A stretch of 64,000 bases of DNA from Candidatus Uhrbacteria bacterium (GCA_943354605.1 CALRCK010000003.1:14902-78901), one strand, 5' to 3'. Shown: positions 28,980-38,531, counted from the first letter of the stretch. Notes: generated from the letters alone by a model not told the origin. A program made the numbers and translations.

Positions 28980-29666
28980 TTACGGGGTAGCGGGAGCCAC
29001 GGGCTCGAGGGTCTCGATGCGTTCGACGAGCATCATGAGATCCTCCACGTTCATGGGGAACGGGCAGTTGCGCGTCTTCATCCGCTCGATGATCCAGCGC
29101 ATCCCGGGGACGAGCTCGGTAAGCTTACGGAGCTCTTCGTCCGGCACATGCCCGAGGCGGGTAATTCCGTACGTGTTCTCATGCGGCCAGTCCAACTGGA
29201 TCAGGTAGACCTGGGCGGCCATGAGCTCCTGCCGCCAAGTGGCCAGGTGACCAGTCGTGACGGGGGACGTGTTCAGCATCCGCTGCGTGAGCTCGTTGGC
29301 CCACCCCTGGCCGGAGTAGCGTGCGGCCCACCACATGGCCTGGAGCCACGCCAACTGGAAGACCAGGCACTGCGCATCGTGCTCGCTGTGATCCTCCGGG
29401 TTGTAGTAACGCAACTGGAAGATCATCTCGCGCTGCCGATCGAGGAGGGCCTCGTGGCATTGCGCCTGGAACGTCTCCTGCTTATCGAAGAGACGCTTGG
29501 CCTCCCCCTGGGAGTTCTCGAACTTCGTCTCCGAGTCCTTGAGCTTGGTCTCGGAGCTCTCGAGCTGCATCGTGAGGCTCTTGATGCGGCCGATCATGTA
29601 GTAGATCACGATCAAGCTGACGATGACGACCAAAATGAGGCCGCCGATGATGGTCTCGGTTTCCAT
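28980..29666 (-). CDS. hypothetical membrane-anchored protein encoded in a GC-rich patch
   Basis: 228 aa with an N-terminal TM helix (IIGGLILVVIVSLIVIYYMI). Local GC is far above the window average. The fully open antisense ORF 28836..29699 is L/R-rich and rejected. Confidence 0.45.
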   Translation of the reverse strand: METETIIGGLILVVIVSLIVIYYMIGRIKSLTMQLESSETKLKDSETKFENSQGEAKRLFDKQETFQAQCHEALLDRQREMIFQLRYYNPEDHSEHDAQCLVFQLAWLQAMWWAARYSGQGWANELTQRMLNTSPVTTGHLATWRQELMAAQVYLIQLDWPHENTYGITRLGHVPDEELRKLTELVPGMRWIIERMKTRNCPFPMNVEDLMMLVERIETLEPVAPATP

Positions 29667-30132
29667 TACACACTCCTTCGGGACGCACCCGATGAATGAG
29701 GGGACGCACCCCTACTGCACTCCGCAACTCAAGCACATTCTTGAGCGCAGATCTCGGAGGGGCCACTCGTGCGCCCTTCAAAATCCATGCTCAAAATAAC
29801 ACTCATATTAGCATAAAAAATCACTATTGTCAACCGAAAACCCGACAAAAGCCTTTTATATTGGCCAAATCAAACTACCGCGTCGGGGCGGCTGCAGCGT
29901 CTTTCCACCCAAGCACCCGTACCGCAACCTGCGGAAATACGCACATATCCTGATACAACGCCGCCCAGTCAAAAGTTCCGAACTCATCCGCCAGCTCCTG
30001 CCAATAGCCGGTTTGGTGCTGGCAACCGGATTCCCATAGGACTCTCGACGGGTTCCTATGACCGGAGTCCCAGCCAAACCCGCTGTTAAAAACCCGTCAC
30101 CATGTGTGGCGGTTTTTTAACAGAAATGACTT

Positions 30133-30603
30133 ATGAACATCGAAACCGTAAGAAAACAGGTGGACGATATTGAGAATAAATTTCAACGGATGAAATCGAT
30201 CTCTGTAATAGACCCGATGATGCTCAGTGGGGACGCAGGAGGTGTGGCGCCTCAGTACTCCGGGAGAGAAAATATGTCTGAAATTGATGCGTCTAGGAAT
30301 GCCGAGCTCCATTCGCTTTGGAGTGAGATCGAAAGAAACCTACCGCCAGGTTTTTCGATAGATGGAAATTTACTTCGACATCTCTCTTTTAATGAAATTC
30401 GCGACTGGGATGATATTTCGAATTTGGATATTCCGAGGGAGCTCCAAAAGGTCAATGAGTATCGAAAAAAGTTGATACTCGTTGTATTTAGGAACGATGA
30501 ATTATTCAACAATCGAAATCGCGTCCGCAAACGCACGACGAACTTTAGGACGAACCGCTGCAGGATCCTCGCCGCGATATCCGAGAGCGAGCATAACAGT
30601 TGA
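30133..30603 (+). CDS. hypothetical protein
   Basis: 156-aa ORF; its 3' end overlaps the convergent nitroreductase gene, so the true extent is uncertain. Confidence 0.3.
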   Translation: MNIETVRKQVDDIENKFQRMKSISVIDPMMLSGDAGGVAPQYSGRENMSEIDASRNAELHSLWSEIERNLPPGFSIDGNLLRHLSFNEIRDWDDISNLDIPRELQKVNEYRKKLILVVFRNDELFNNRNRVRKRTTNFRTNRCRILAAISESEHNS

Positions 30604-31134
30604 CGTGAGATTCTGCGACGGCAAATCGAGAATCGCATCAACTTCAACGGGATTGAATCCGCCCATTGGACCAGAATCCACACCAAGCTGCGCCGCGGTC
30701 GTCACCATAACACCAAGTGGGATGTACACCTGACCCATCACCCATGCATCGAGACTAGCATCGGTCTGTCCGGCAATGAATCCGTCCACCATGTTCTTCA
30801 GCCCCTCGAGCATAGAAGGATCAACACTTTGCGCTTTTACGGTTCGATCCACCAACTCTGGCGTCATTGCGGATCGTGCGTCAGTGCGACGAGCAATAAC
30901 GATGAGATGCGATGCGTCGGTGACTTTTGGCTGATCGTAGCTTGCTGCACGAAGCTTTACGCGGATCTCTGGATTCTTAACCACGATAAACTTCCATGGC
31001 TCGATGCCAAACGAGCTCGGCGCCAAACGACCGCTTTCAAGAATGATTTGCACATCCTCATCACTCACCTTCTTTGCTGGATCAAATACCCGCACCGCGT
31101 ACCGCCAGTTCAATGCCTTGATGATGTCGTTCAT
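30502..31134 (-). CDS. NAD(P)H nitroreductase family protein
   Basis: Start at MNDIIKALNWRYAVRVF (typical nitroreductase N-terminus); FMN-binding fold motifs (RLAPSSFGIEPWKFIVV). Confidence 0.75.
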   Translation of the reverse strand: MNDIIKALNWRYAVRVFDPAKKVSDEDVQIILESGRLAPSSFGIEPWKFIVVKNPEIRVKLRAASYDQPKVTDASHLIVIARRTDARSAMTPELVDRTVKAQSVDPSMLEGLKNMVDGFIAGQTDASLDAWVMGQVYIPLGVMVTTAAQLGVDSGPMGGFNPVEVDAILDLPSQNLTSTVMLALGYRGEDPAAVRPKVRRAFADAISIVE

Positions 31135-31213
31135 AGAATGCGATTGTACAGAATATTCCCAGAAAAATAAACGACCCCTGGTTTTACGCCGGGGGCCGTT
31201 TATTATGATTTGT

Positions 31214-32422
31214 TTACCAACGACCAGGGCCGTTTGGATTGTAGCCGTTCGCAATTTCGAGGCCATCGTTGTAGCCATCGTTGTCGGAATCGGCGTCGAA
31301 ACGATTGGTCCAATGGATAGTCATTTCGGCGTAATCGGTAAGACCATCGCCGTCGGAGTCCAACTTGCCGACGCCATTCGGATCATAGCCATTCACGACT
31401 TCAGTGTAGTCTGAATATCCATCGCCGTCAGTATCGGAACTCAATGGGTTGGAGTACCACACAGACTCTTCATCCGCGTTCGTCAATCCGTCGCCATCAG
31501 TGTCCATGGCTGAAACGGCATTGCCGAGATTCTCTACCGCAGCTTCGTCATCATCGGACATATGATAGTCCTTGATATCCGTTGCGTTGGTTGGCAGAAC
31601 GATATTCGTTGGCTGATTGAAACTCTTGAAGAGCACCGAAATGCCAACGGTGGTGTACGACGTTGCGCTCTGTTGCACATGTACATTGAACGTAAACATT
31701 GCAGGGAGCATGTCGGCTGTATCGATCCAGAACGAACCATCAATCGTGACATGCTCTGCGAGATACGTACGTGCGGCATCTGCATCAGACGACGCGATCA
31801 TCTTTTTCTCCACGAGATAATCGACAAGATTGTCGGTATCAATGGTGTACGCATAACGCACCGCAGGCTTCTTGTTGATGAAGTCTACCGTTTCGTACTG
31901 ATACGTCACGATACCGCGATCAAACATGTCCTGAAGCGCAGACTGCATTTCCGCGATTCCCTCTTCAGTATCGGAAGCGGTTGGAAGCTCCGTTGAACCG
32001 GAACGTTTTGCGAAGTACCACGTGTTCCCGTCTTGGGAGAGATACACAGTGTCCTTTGCAAGAATCAACGACGCGTTGCCTTTGTTAAAGGCACCGTTCT
32101 GATCCGTCATCCATGCAGCAACGTCGAAGCGGCTATTTTCCGTTTCACTCGAAACACCATTAAGATCCAAATGAACCTTCACTGGCTGATTCATGCTCGA
32201 CGCATACGTTTCCACATCAACATCAACGCTAAAATCTACCGATGTTGCATTGGCAACATTCGTGAGAATTTCCGTAGACGAATCACTCAATTGGGATGTA
32301 CTCCCAAGACCCGCAAGAAGATCATCCGCGTTCAAAGAAGTAGCTGCCTGCGCGAACGACGCCGGCAATAACACCACACTCAAAACAGCGATGGAAACGA
32401 GCTTTTTGATAAGGTTTTTCAT
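31214..32422 (-). CDS. secreted protein with thrombospondin type-3-like calcium-binding repeats
   Basis: Start at MKNLIKKLVSIAVLSVVLLPASFAQA (signal peptide). The C-terminus carries repeated D-x-D-x-D-G motifs (DTDGDGLTNADE, DTDGDGYSDYTE, DSDGDGLTDYAE, DSDNDGYNDGLE). Confidence 0.6.
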   Translation of the reverse strand: MKNLIKKLVSIAVLSVVLLPASFAQAATSLNADDLLAGLGSTSQLSDSSTEILTNVANATSVDFSVDVDVETYASSMNQPVKVHLDLNGVSSETENSRFDVAAWMTDQNGAFNKGNASLILAKDTVYLSQDGNTWYFAKRSGSTELPTASDTEEGIAEMQSALQDMFDRGIVTYQYETVDFINKKPAVRYAYTIDTDNLVDYLVEKKMIASSDADAARTYLAEHVTIDGSFWIDTADMLPAMFTFNVHVQQSATSYTTVGISVLFKSFNQPTNIVLPTNATDIKDYHMSDDDEAAVENLGNAVSAMDTDGDGLTNADEESVWYSNPLSSDTDGDGYSDYTEVVNGYDPNGVGKLDSDGDGLTDYAEMTIHWTNRFDADSDNDGYNDGLEIANGYNPNGPGRW

Positions 32423-32868
32423 GGGAATTGGCCAATAAATTAACCACGCAGTATAGCAAAAAAATTGCCAAAAGTCAAGGAATTTGGCTAAGATAAGAGG
32501 CAAAATTGACTGAATCGGACCTGAATCTTTGAGGGTTGTGTGGACGTGTGGAAGGGAGCACGGGATATCGCGGCAAGGAACGATACCCTCGTTTTTTGGG
32601 GTTTTAAAACTGGGCAACGGCACGCGATCTGAGCCAGAAATCGATGAAAAGTGAAATCGATTTCGGAAATGCACGACCAGCGATCGTAGACGGCGCTATC
32701 GCCAACCTCGCAGATCACGAGAATCGCCCACCGTTTCCTTAATGCAAACGAGTTGCGTTAGCAAAATACCCTATTTGAAATCGAATACCCCCAGGCTCAC
32801 CGTTGGTGTGTCGCTGGTGCCATTCCATTCCCAACCCACTCAAAGGATCAGTCTCCCTCAATCCAAGA

Positions 32869-33870
32869 TCAGTTCAGATCCTCCAATAATTTCATCAGCC
32901 CAACTTCATGCACGTGAAGTAGTGGGTATTTCTTTCGCAGTGTTTCACGCGGCGCATGCCAGGTGAGTTTGCCTTTGGCGTACAACGAAAGCACGTCGGG
33001 ATGAATGTAAGATTTTTTACACACCGCAACGGTGTTGCCGAGTGCATCGGCGGCGCGCTGAACTGCGGCTTTGATGTCGTGCTGAACGTCGCGCTTCGTC
33101 GTTGCGACCGGCCGATCCCAAAGATACGACACCGCAATCACCGTGCCGTGCCACGTACGAAAATCTTTTGCGGTAATTTCTTCCTTTGAAATCAATTTCA
33201 AATAGTCGTTCACGTCCTCAGACTTCACATCGTGTGGCTTACCGTCGTGATCGAAGTATTCAAACAGCTTCTGGCCAGGAATGTCGTGACACGTTGCGAC
33301 AATCTTTCGCAATCGTTCGTCTTCAATGGGAAATTCATGTGCAATGCCGTCTTTGCCGTCGAACGCCAACTCCATATGCTCCCCCGCTCCTTTCACGTGT
33401 CGATTTCGGAGCGTAGTGAGCCCGAACGAGTGATTGTCTTGAGCGTATTCCTCGTTGCCGATGCGAATAAACGCCGTATCAAGTAATCGGACAATCGCTG
33501 CAAGCACTTTTTCTTTTGGCATTCCACGCAAACGGAGATCGGCCTCAACACGCCGACGAATACGAGGAAGCGATGCAACAAATTCACGCATGCGATGAAA
33601 CTTCCCTTCGTTCTGTTTTGCGATCCAGTCGGGATGATAGATATACTGCTTTCGATGTCGCGCGTCGAGCGCCGTTGCCTGAATGTGGCCATTCGCAAAC
33701 GGACAGATCCACACATTCGTGTACGCCGGAGGAATGCCCAATGAACGAATCCGATCGAGAATCTTGCGATCACGAATTCTCTTTCCGTTCTGGTCGCGAA
33801 ATACCACGCCAAACCAACCCTTTGCTCGGGTAAAACCGGGAATGTCGTCAGTGACGTATCGGAGTCGCAT
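32869..33870 (-). CDS. DNA topoisomerase IB (poxvirus-type TopIB)
   Basis: 333 aa; bacterial TopIB layout with the C-terminal catalytic region SYIHP (active-site Tyr), comparable to Deinococcus and vaccinia TopIB. Confidence 0.75.
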   Translation of the reverse strand: MRLRYVTDDIPGFTRAKGWFGVVFRDQNGKRIRDRKILDRIRSLGIPPAYTNVWICPFANGHIQATALDARHRKQYIYHPDWIAKQNEGKFHRMREFVASLPRIRRRVEADLRLRGMPKEKVLAAIVRLLDTAFIRIGNEEYAQDNHSFGLTTLRNRHVKGAGEHMELAFDGKDGIAHEFPIEDERLRKIVATCHDIPGQKLFEYFDHDGKPHDVKSEDVNDYLKLISKEEITAKDFRTWHGTVIAVSYLWDRPVATTKRDVQHDIKAAVQRAADALGNTVAVCKKSYIHPDVLSLYAKGKLTWHAPRETLRKKYPLLHVHEVGLMKLLEDLN

Positions 33871-33910
33871 GGCCGTAGTATAGCAAGCACTGTTGTGCTA
33901 TATTTTTGGC

Positions 33911-34636
33911 ATGAAAAATCCTCAACGCATTCTCTTAAAACTCTCAGGCGAGCAGTTTGCAGGGGCGCAAAAGTTTGGCATTGATACCGACTTTATTCTT
34001 GGCCTGGCCGAGGAACTTTACGAAGTCGTCAAAGCGACCAGTGCGCAGATTGTCATTGTGGTTGGTGGAGGAAACTTTGTTCGCGGGGCCACACTTTCGA
34101 AAAACGAAGTCATGATCGAACGCGCAACAGCGGACTACATGGGTATGCTTGCGACGATTATGAACGGCATGGCGCTCGTGGATATTCTGGAACACTTTGG
34201 TCAGCCAGCTCGTTTACAGACGCGAATCAAAATCGACAGTGTCGCCGAACCGTTCATTCGCCGCCGTGCAATTCGGCATTTAGAAAAAGGCCGCATCGTC
34301 ATTATTGGTGGAGGCACCGGGAATCCGTACGTCACCACCGACACCGCCGCAGTCTCTACCGCGCTCGAACTTGGATGCGACATCGTGCTTAAGGCAACAA
34401 AGGTAGACGGCGTATATTCCAAGGACCCGACCAAACATACCGATGCGGTAAAGCTTCAGTCCATTTCGCACCTCGATGCTATTCGCGACGAAAATATTTC
34501 CGTCATGGACAACGCTGCCGTGAGCCTCGCGATGGACAACAACCTGCCAATCCGCGTATTCGATCTGCTCACCAAAGGAAACATCCAACGCATCGTGAAC
34601 GGGGAAAGCATTGGAACACTCGTCAGTAAGAGCTAA
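33911..34636 (+). CDS. pyrH: UMP kinase
   Basis: Start at MKNPQRILLKLSGE; amino-acid kinase fold with VVGGGNFVRG motif. Confidence 0.9.
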   Translation: MKNPQRILLKLSGEQFAGAQKFGIDTDFILGLAEELYEVVKATSAQIVIVVGGGNFVRGATLSKNEVMIERATADYMGMLATIMNGMALVDILEHFGQPARLQTRIKIDSVAEPFIRRRAIRHLEKGRIVIIGGGTGNPYVTTDTAAVSTALELGCDIVLKATKVDGVYSKDPTKHTDAVKLQSISHLDAIRDENISVMDNAAVSLAMDNNLPIRVFDLLTKGNIQRIVNGESIGTLVSKS

Positions 34637-34649
34637 TACCTGATCAGGT

Positions 34650-34994
34650 ATGTCTATTGTTTCTCGCGAGTCTCTTCACGTTCCAACCCCCACCGTTGGA
34701 TCATTATCATGCGATGATCTTCGCGCCGCGCAACACGTAAACACCGCACCAATGCTCATCGATGTTCGCGAACTCGATGAGTGGAATGCTGGCCACATTC
34801 CCGGAGCCATTCACATTCCTCGCGGCATTCTTGAATTCAAGATTTCCGAAGTCGTGCCAAACCGAAACACACCAATCGTCCTCTACTGCCGAAGCGGTGG
34901 CCGAGCGACTGTTTCTGCGCACCAGCTCATCAGCTTTGGCTATACCAATGTCAAAAATCTTGAGGGAGGGTACCTCCAATATTCAAGCGCCTAG
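34650..34994 (+). CDS. rhodanese-like domain protein (sulfurtransferase)
   Basis: 114 aa; LIDVRELDEWNAGHIPGAIHIP and the catalytic-loop CRSGGRA cysteine. Confidence 0.7.
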   Translation: MSIVSRESLHVPTPTVGSLSCDDLRAAQHVNTAPMLIDVRELDEWNAGHIPGAIHIPRGILEFKISEVVPNRNTPIVLYCRSGGRATVSAHQLISFGYTNVKNLEGGYLQYSSA

Positions 34995-35869
34995 CCTGTA
35001 CACTTCGCCAAATAGCAGACAGGTTTTCCAACCGCCTGATGCTCCGGAAGTTTTGGAAACATGATCACGCCGTCGTGCTCCGTAACAACAGGCTCATCGT
35101 CGTGATACCCAAGAATGTCTCCTGATGCGATTGGCTCGAATGATGACATCCCCCGGCCTTCCGCAAAAGCAAACGACCGATCGTCACGCAGAATCGCTGC
35201 AACGATTTCATAAATTTTACCTTCGATACTCGGCGGCGCAATCTTCTCGCCAGAAAAAATTCTAACGTCGGTCAAATACCGAACCACCGATTCTGTCACC
35301 GCTGGAATAATTGATTCGTCGTTCACCCATCCTGTTTCAAAACACAGTCCAACTTTTTCAATACTGTCTGCATACTCATCGATAGTGACCGGTACTCCCC
35401 CTCCAAAAATATATGTCGGATCCGTCAGCACGCACGGTGGGTTGAACCATCGGAAAATATTCCGATGCGCGGCGTCGTTTCTTGCAATCGCAAATGGAAC
35501 GGATGGCTTGTTTGTTGCATGAATGTCGATCACAACGTCCGACGATTGAACAATACTTGCAATCATCCGTGCGCGCTGGAATTCTGTACTTCCGTCACCA
35601 TTCGCGAGCATCGAAGGCGAGAAATAGCGATTCAAATCGCGGCCATCAATTGCACGAATGTTCTGCGCAATCGCTTCCGGATTTCCAAGCATCAGCGTTA
35701 ACGTTCCCGAAACAACAGATCGGCGACCAGCAACGATATCGTCTCGAAGCGCTCGAACAACCGCAATTCCCGTTCGCTCATTTCCGTGCGTTCCGCCGAT
35801 AACCACAATCGACGGACCAGGAATTGATCCGGAAAACGAAATGATGCCGTTGTCAGGAAAGTCTTGCAT
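34991..35869 (-). CDS. succinylglutamate desuccinylase/aspartoacylase family zinc hydrolase
   Basis: Start at MQDFPDNGII...; GGTHGNERTG zinc-binding motif of the AstE/AspA (M14-like) family. Confidence 0.6.
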   Translation of the reverse strand: MQDFPDNGIISFSGSIPGPSIVVIGGTHGNERTGIAVVRALRDDIVAGRRSVVSGTLTLMLGNPEAIAQNIRAIDGRDLNRYFSPSMLANGDGSTEFQRARMIASIVQSSDVVIDIHATNKPSVPFAIARNDAAHRNIFRWFNPPCVLTDPTYIFGGGVPVTIDEYADSIEKVGLCFETGWVNDESIIPAVTESVVRYLTDVRIFSGEKIAPPSIEGKIYEIVAAILRDDRSFAFAEGRGMSSFEPIASGDILGYHDDEPVVTEHDGVIMFPKLPEHQAVGKPVCYLAKCTG

Positions 35870-36108
35870 ACAAAACCGACAGTATCCGAAAACACTTCTT
35901 GACACAAGAAAACCTTCATGAGATCTTCGTAGAGTATGAACATGCAGTCCGCACGCTTGAGCGAAAAGAAGTCCAAGGGAAATTCCCTTGGCGCTTAACG
36001 TTGCACACTGCACGAGAAAGCGATCAAGGGAAACCTTGGTCGCTTTTTTGTTTGTACAAGAGTTCAGCACTCAGTGTCTCATCACTCACTGTTCGAGGGT
36101 CTCAGTAC

Positions 36109-36759
36109 ATGGAAGACGCCAAGATTCACGGCCTCCTCTCTGTGGTTGCGCAGGCAACCGCTTCATCTCACATCATCGTGAGCGGCACCACGATGGCACC
36201 GCTTCTCCCCAAGACCGCCGATGAGCTCTTCGCCTTCTGGCAACAAGGACTCTCTGCGATCGCTGTCCGTAACGGGCAAATCGTCGGTCATGCGGCCGTG
36301 GAGCCGCTCACGGAAGACTGGTTCGAACTCGGCGCTGTGTGGGTGCATCCCGATGTTCGAGGCCAAACCCTTGAGCGCAACGGATCGCACCCGCATGTGG
36401 GACTCCGCCTGTACCAGGCCATCCTGGAACGCCATCGCGAGAAGAACATTCTTGCTACCACCATCAACGCCGCGGCAATGGTGGTGGGCTGGCGCGTGGG
36501 CATGGTACCGATTGGCTACGATCAGCTCCCCCGACACGTATGGGAGGCGACGTGCTGCTGCCCGAGCCAGAAAACAGGAGTGTCTCGTAAGCAGAACGTG
36601 CCGCACTGCGGCATGCGTCAACAGACGTGCTTCGTGCGCGTCACTCGGGAAACATGGAATCGGCTAGACCGACCGGAACCGTGTGCTCTGCCGGTTCGCG
36701 CGCCGACCACCCTTGCCATCATCCCCCACGACGACATCGTCATCCTCCTCGCAGGATGA
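36109..36759 (+). CDS. GNAT-family N-acetyltransferase (GC-rich, start uncertain)
   Basis: IVGHAAVEPLTEDWFELGAVWVHPDVRGQ and LRLYQAIL fit GNAT motifs A and B. Composition switches to high GC at about 36110; track ORF starts at 35899, and alternative starts are 36109 and 36193. Confidence 0.45.
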   Translation: MEDAKIHGLLSVVAQATASSHIIVSGTTMAPLLPKTADELFAFWQQGLSAIAVRNGQIVGHAAVEPLTEDWFELGAVWVHPDVRGQTLERNGSHPHVGLRLYQAILERHREKNILATTINAAAMVVGWRVGMVPIGYDQLPRHVWEATCCCPSQKTGVSRKQNVPHCGMRQQTCFVRVTRETWNRLDRPEPCALPVRAPTTLAIIPHDDIVILLAG

Positions 36760-36895
36760 CCACGATCGGCTGCACCTTCGGGTGCGGCCGATTCGCTTTT
36801 TTTCAAACTCCAACTCTATCTATTCTCCAGCTTTACTGCTATGGTGCAACCTCAGATATGGTAGCCTGCTTTATGGCTCCAAAACGACCACTCGT

Positions 36896-37018
36896 ATGAC
36901 CGACGGCGAAGAAGTGACCACCACAACCGTTCCTCCAGTAGAGCCAGTTACAGCTCCAGAAACAGAGACAGGGGCTCCAGCAGAACCAGCTCCTGTATCA
37001 GAAGAAACCGTCGCGTAG
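36896..37018 (+). CDS. small acidic Pro/Thr/Glu-rich peptide (40 aa)
   Basis: MTDGEEVTTTTVPPVEPVTAPETETGAPAEPAPVSEETVA followed by a hairpin terminator. Confidence 0.25.
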   Translation: MTDGEEVTTTTVPPVEPVTAPETETGAPAEPAPVSEETVA

Positions 37019-37027
37019 TTCTTCATA

Positions 37028-37062
37028 CCAAAAGCCCCGGCGAGGAATCGCTGGGGCTTTTG
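37028..37062 (+). terminator. rho-independent terminator
   Basis: AAAAGCCCCGGCGAGGAATCGCTGGGGCTTTTGT stem-loop with T tract. Confidence 0.5.
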
Positions 37063-37064
37063 TA

Positions 37065-37322
37065 TTATGGATTCAACCGACTATTTCTGCGCTTCACCTT
37101 CATTTTACTTTGCGCGATCTGCTTTTGAAGCTGCTGAAGATCTTCAGAAATTTCCTCGATTGGTGCGCCCTTTCTCGATCGTCGCTCAATTTTTGCAATC
37201 CCTTGATTCGCCGAAGCCGTCACCGAATCCAGCCGCTGATGCATCTTCCCTCTGAGTCGAGTAAAAAGTCGACGATAATACCAGATGGTAACAATCTGTA
37301 CTACAATGAAAACTGAAAACAA
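37065..37322 (-). CDS. small hypothetical membrane protein
   Basis: 85 aa; one N-terminal TM helix then a charged coiled coil. Confidence 0.3.
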   Translation of the reverse strand: MFSVFIVVQIVTIWYYRRLFTRLRGKMHQRLDSVTASANQGIAKIERRSRKGAPIEEISEDLQQLQKQIAQSKMKVKRRNSRLNP

Positions 37323-37613
37323 TAATTCGTACCAGATCCCCCAAGAAGATTCCCGGAGCTGCTCAGTAACCGACCTTGATGGTTCAAGATCTCCGGAACG
37401 CCAGCAGCCGCAGAGACATGAGGCACCGGAACAACAATTCCAGTTCCCCAGAAAACACCAAAAAGAATGGCACTACTAACCATCCTTTGGAAAAGCGATT
37501 TTCCCCCCTGTATTTCCATAACACTATTATCCCATAGAAAAAGCTCCAGAGCCCAAAAGAATCCACAGGACGAAAGCAAAAATGATACTGAAAACACGAT
37601 AGAATATTCACAT

Positions 37614-38225
37614 ATGACGCCATGGACTCCCGATGAAAAAAATGTCATCAAACTCCTCAGCACGCCAGCAAAAATTCAAGACTTTTTGAACAGCCTTCGG
37701 TTTCGGATTGTTGGTGCAAACGAGACGTGCTATTCCCCCAGAATGGTCATGAAAAATCGTGAAGCACAGTGCATTGAAGGCGCGATGTTTGCCGCGGCGG
37801 CGCTTCGATTTCACGGATTTCGACCCCTCATTGTGGATCTTGTCTCCACCGTGCACGATCAGGATCATGTGATCGCCGTTTTTCAGATCGACGGATGTTG
37901 GGGCGCGATATCAAAGACGAACCACGGCGTTCTGCGGTATCGCGAACCCATTTACCGATCGATCCGCGAACTCGTCATGAGTTATTTTCACGAATACTTT
38001 CTCCAATTGAATCGAAAGAAAACCCTCCGAAGCTTTTCAAAGCCCATCGATCTCTCCAGATTTGACCCCCAGGAATGGGAAACACGCGAGGAACCGATCT
38101 GGTATATTCCTGAATATCTTCTCTCGATTCCCCACTCGCCGATTCTGAACCGATCGCAGATTGCACGACTCCGGATTGCCGACCCCATTGAGGCAAGGAT
38201 GACGGAAATCGTGGAATGGGAGTAA
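37614..38225 (+). CDS. transglutaminase-like cysteine peptidase-fold protein
   Basis: Start at [10 protein letters not shown]; Cys-His-Asp arrangement [18 protein letters not shown]...[19 protein letters not shown] is consistent with the transglutaminase-like core. Confidence 0.45.
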   Translation: MTPWTPDEKNVIKLLSTPAKIQDFLNSLRFRIVGANETCYSPRMVMKNREAQCIEGAMFAAAALRFHGFRPLIVDLVSTVHDQDHVIAVFQIDGCWGAISKTNHGVLRYREPIYRSIRELVMSYFHEYFLQLNRKKTLRSFSKPIDLSRFDPQEWETREEPIWYIPEYLLSIPHSPILNRSQIARLRIADPIEARMTEIVEWE

Positions 38226-38233
38226 TGGTCTCA

Positions 38234-38305
38234 GTCATGCTGAGCAAGGCGAAGCATCTCCGCAGGGAGATCCCGACGAAGATTCTTCGCTTTGCTCAGA
38301 ATGAC
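38234..38305. repeat. family-2 nested palindromic element (GTCATGCTGAGCAAGGCGAAG...CTTCGCTTTGCTCAGAATGAC)
   Basis: Terminal inverted repeats with two mismatches plus inner palindrome ATCTCC-GCAG-GGAGAT; sits just after the stop of the preceding gene. Confidence 0.6.
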
Positions 38306-38337
38306 GAATCAAGCCTAGGATGCTATAGTTTCTGTAT

Positions 38338-38490
38338 ATGGAATGTCCAAATTGTAAGCGAGGAATGAAGTACGTTCGCAGTGGAACCAATACATATGAA
38401 AGCATTCGGTACGACGAAGAAGTCTATCGCTGCCCGTACTGCTATTCGTACATCACCACGAGCGTTCCGCAGAAAAAAACAGCCGAATAA
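38338..38490 (+). CDS. small zinc-ribbon protein (50 aa, CxxC...CPYC)
   Basis: MECPNCKRGMKYVRSGTNTYESIRYDEEVYRCPYCYSYITTSVPQKKTAE; followed by bidirectional hairpin terminator CTCCGAGCgaaatGCTCGGAG-TTTT. Under the 60-aa track cutoff. Confidence 0.45.
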   Translation: MECPNCKRGMKYVRSGTNTYESIRYDEEVYRCPYCYSYITTSVPQKKTAE

Positions 38491-38531
38491 ACAACACTCC
38501 GAGCGAAATGCTCGGAGTTTTGGTTTCGCAT

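Larger units (their letters stand above)
23225..33880. mobile_element. integrated mobile element at tRNA-Trp (integrative/mobilizable element or prophage remnant); right boundary approximate
   Basis: The integrase overlaps the tRNA 3' end. Cargo: Rep_trans-like initiator, XRE/ImmA/Bro-DinD regulatory module, GC-rich foreign gene, nitroreductase, TSP3-repeat secreted protein, type IB topoisomerase. Housekeeping pyrH resumes at 33911. No clean attR direct repeat was found by eye. Confidence 0.45.

Noticed and set aside
28836-29699. 287-aa plus-strand ORF in the GC-rich patch
   Set aside because: It is L/R/P-rich and is the mirror of the minus-strand ORF, which has a proper TM anchor. Stop-free antisense frames are expected at this GC level.
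30001-30060. The GATTCCC heptamer at about 30028 shared with the tRNA-Trp T-arm, as a possible attR
   Set aside because: It matches only 7 bp, which is insufficient to call a direct repeat of the attachment site.
37301-37663. 120-aa minus-strand ORF overlapping the start of the transglutaminase-like gene
   Set aside because: It is low-complexity (S/L/G/F-rich) and overlaps a better-supported plus-strand gene and the small membrane protein; it is probably spurious.
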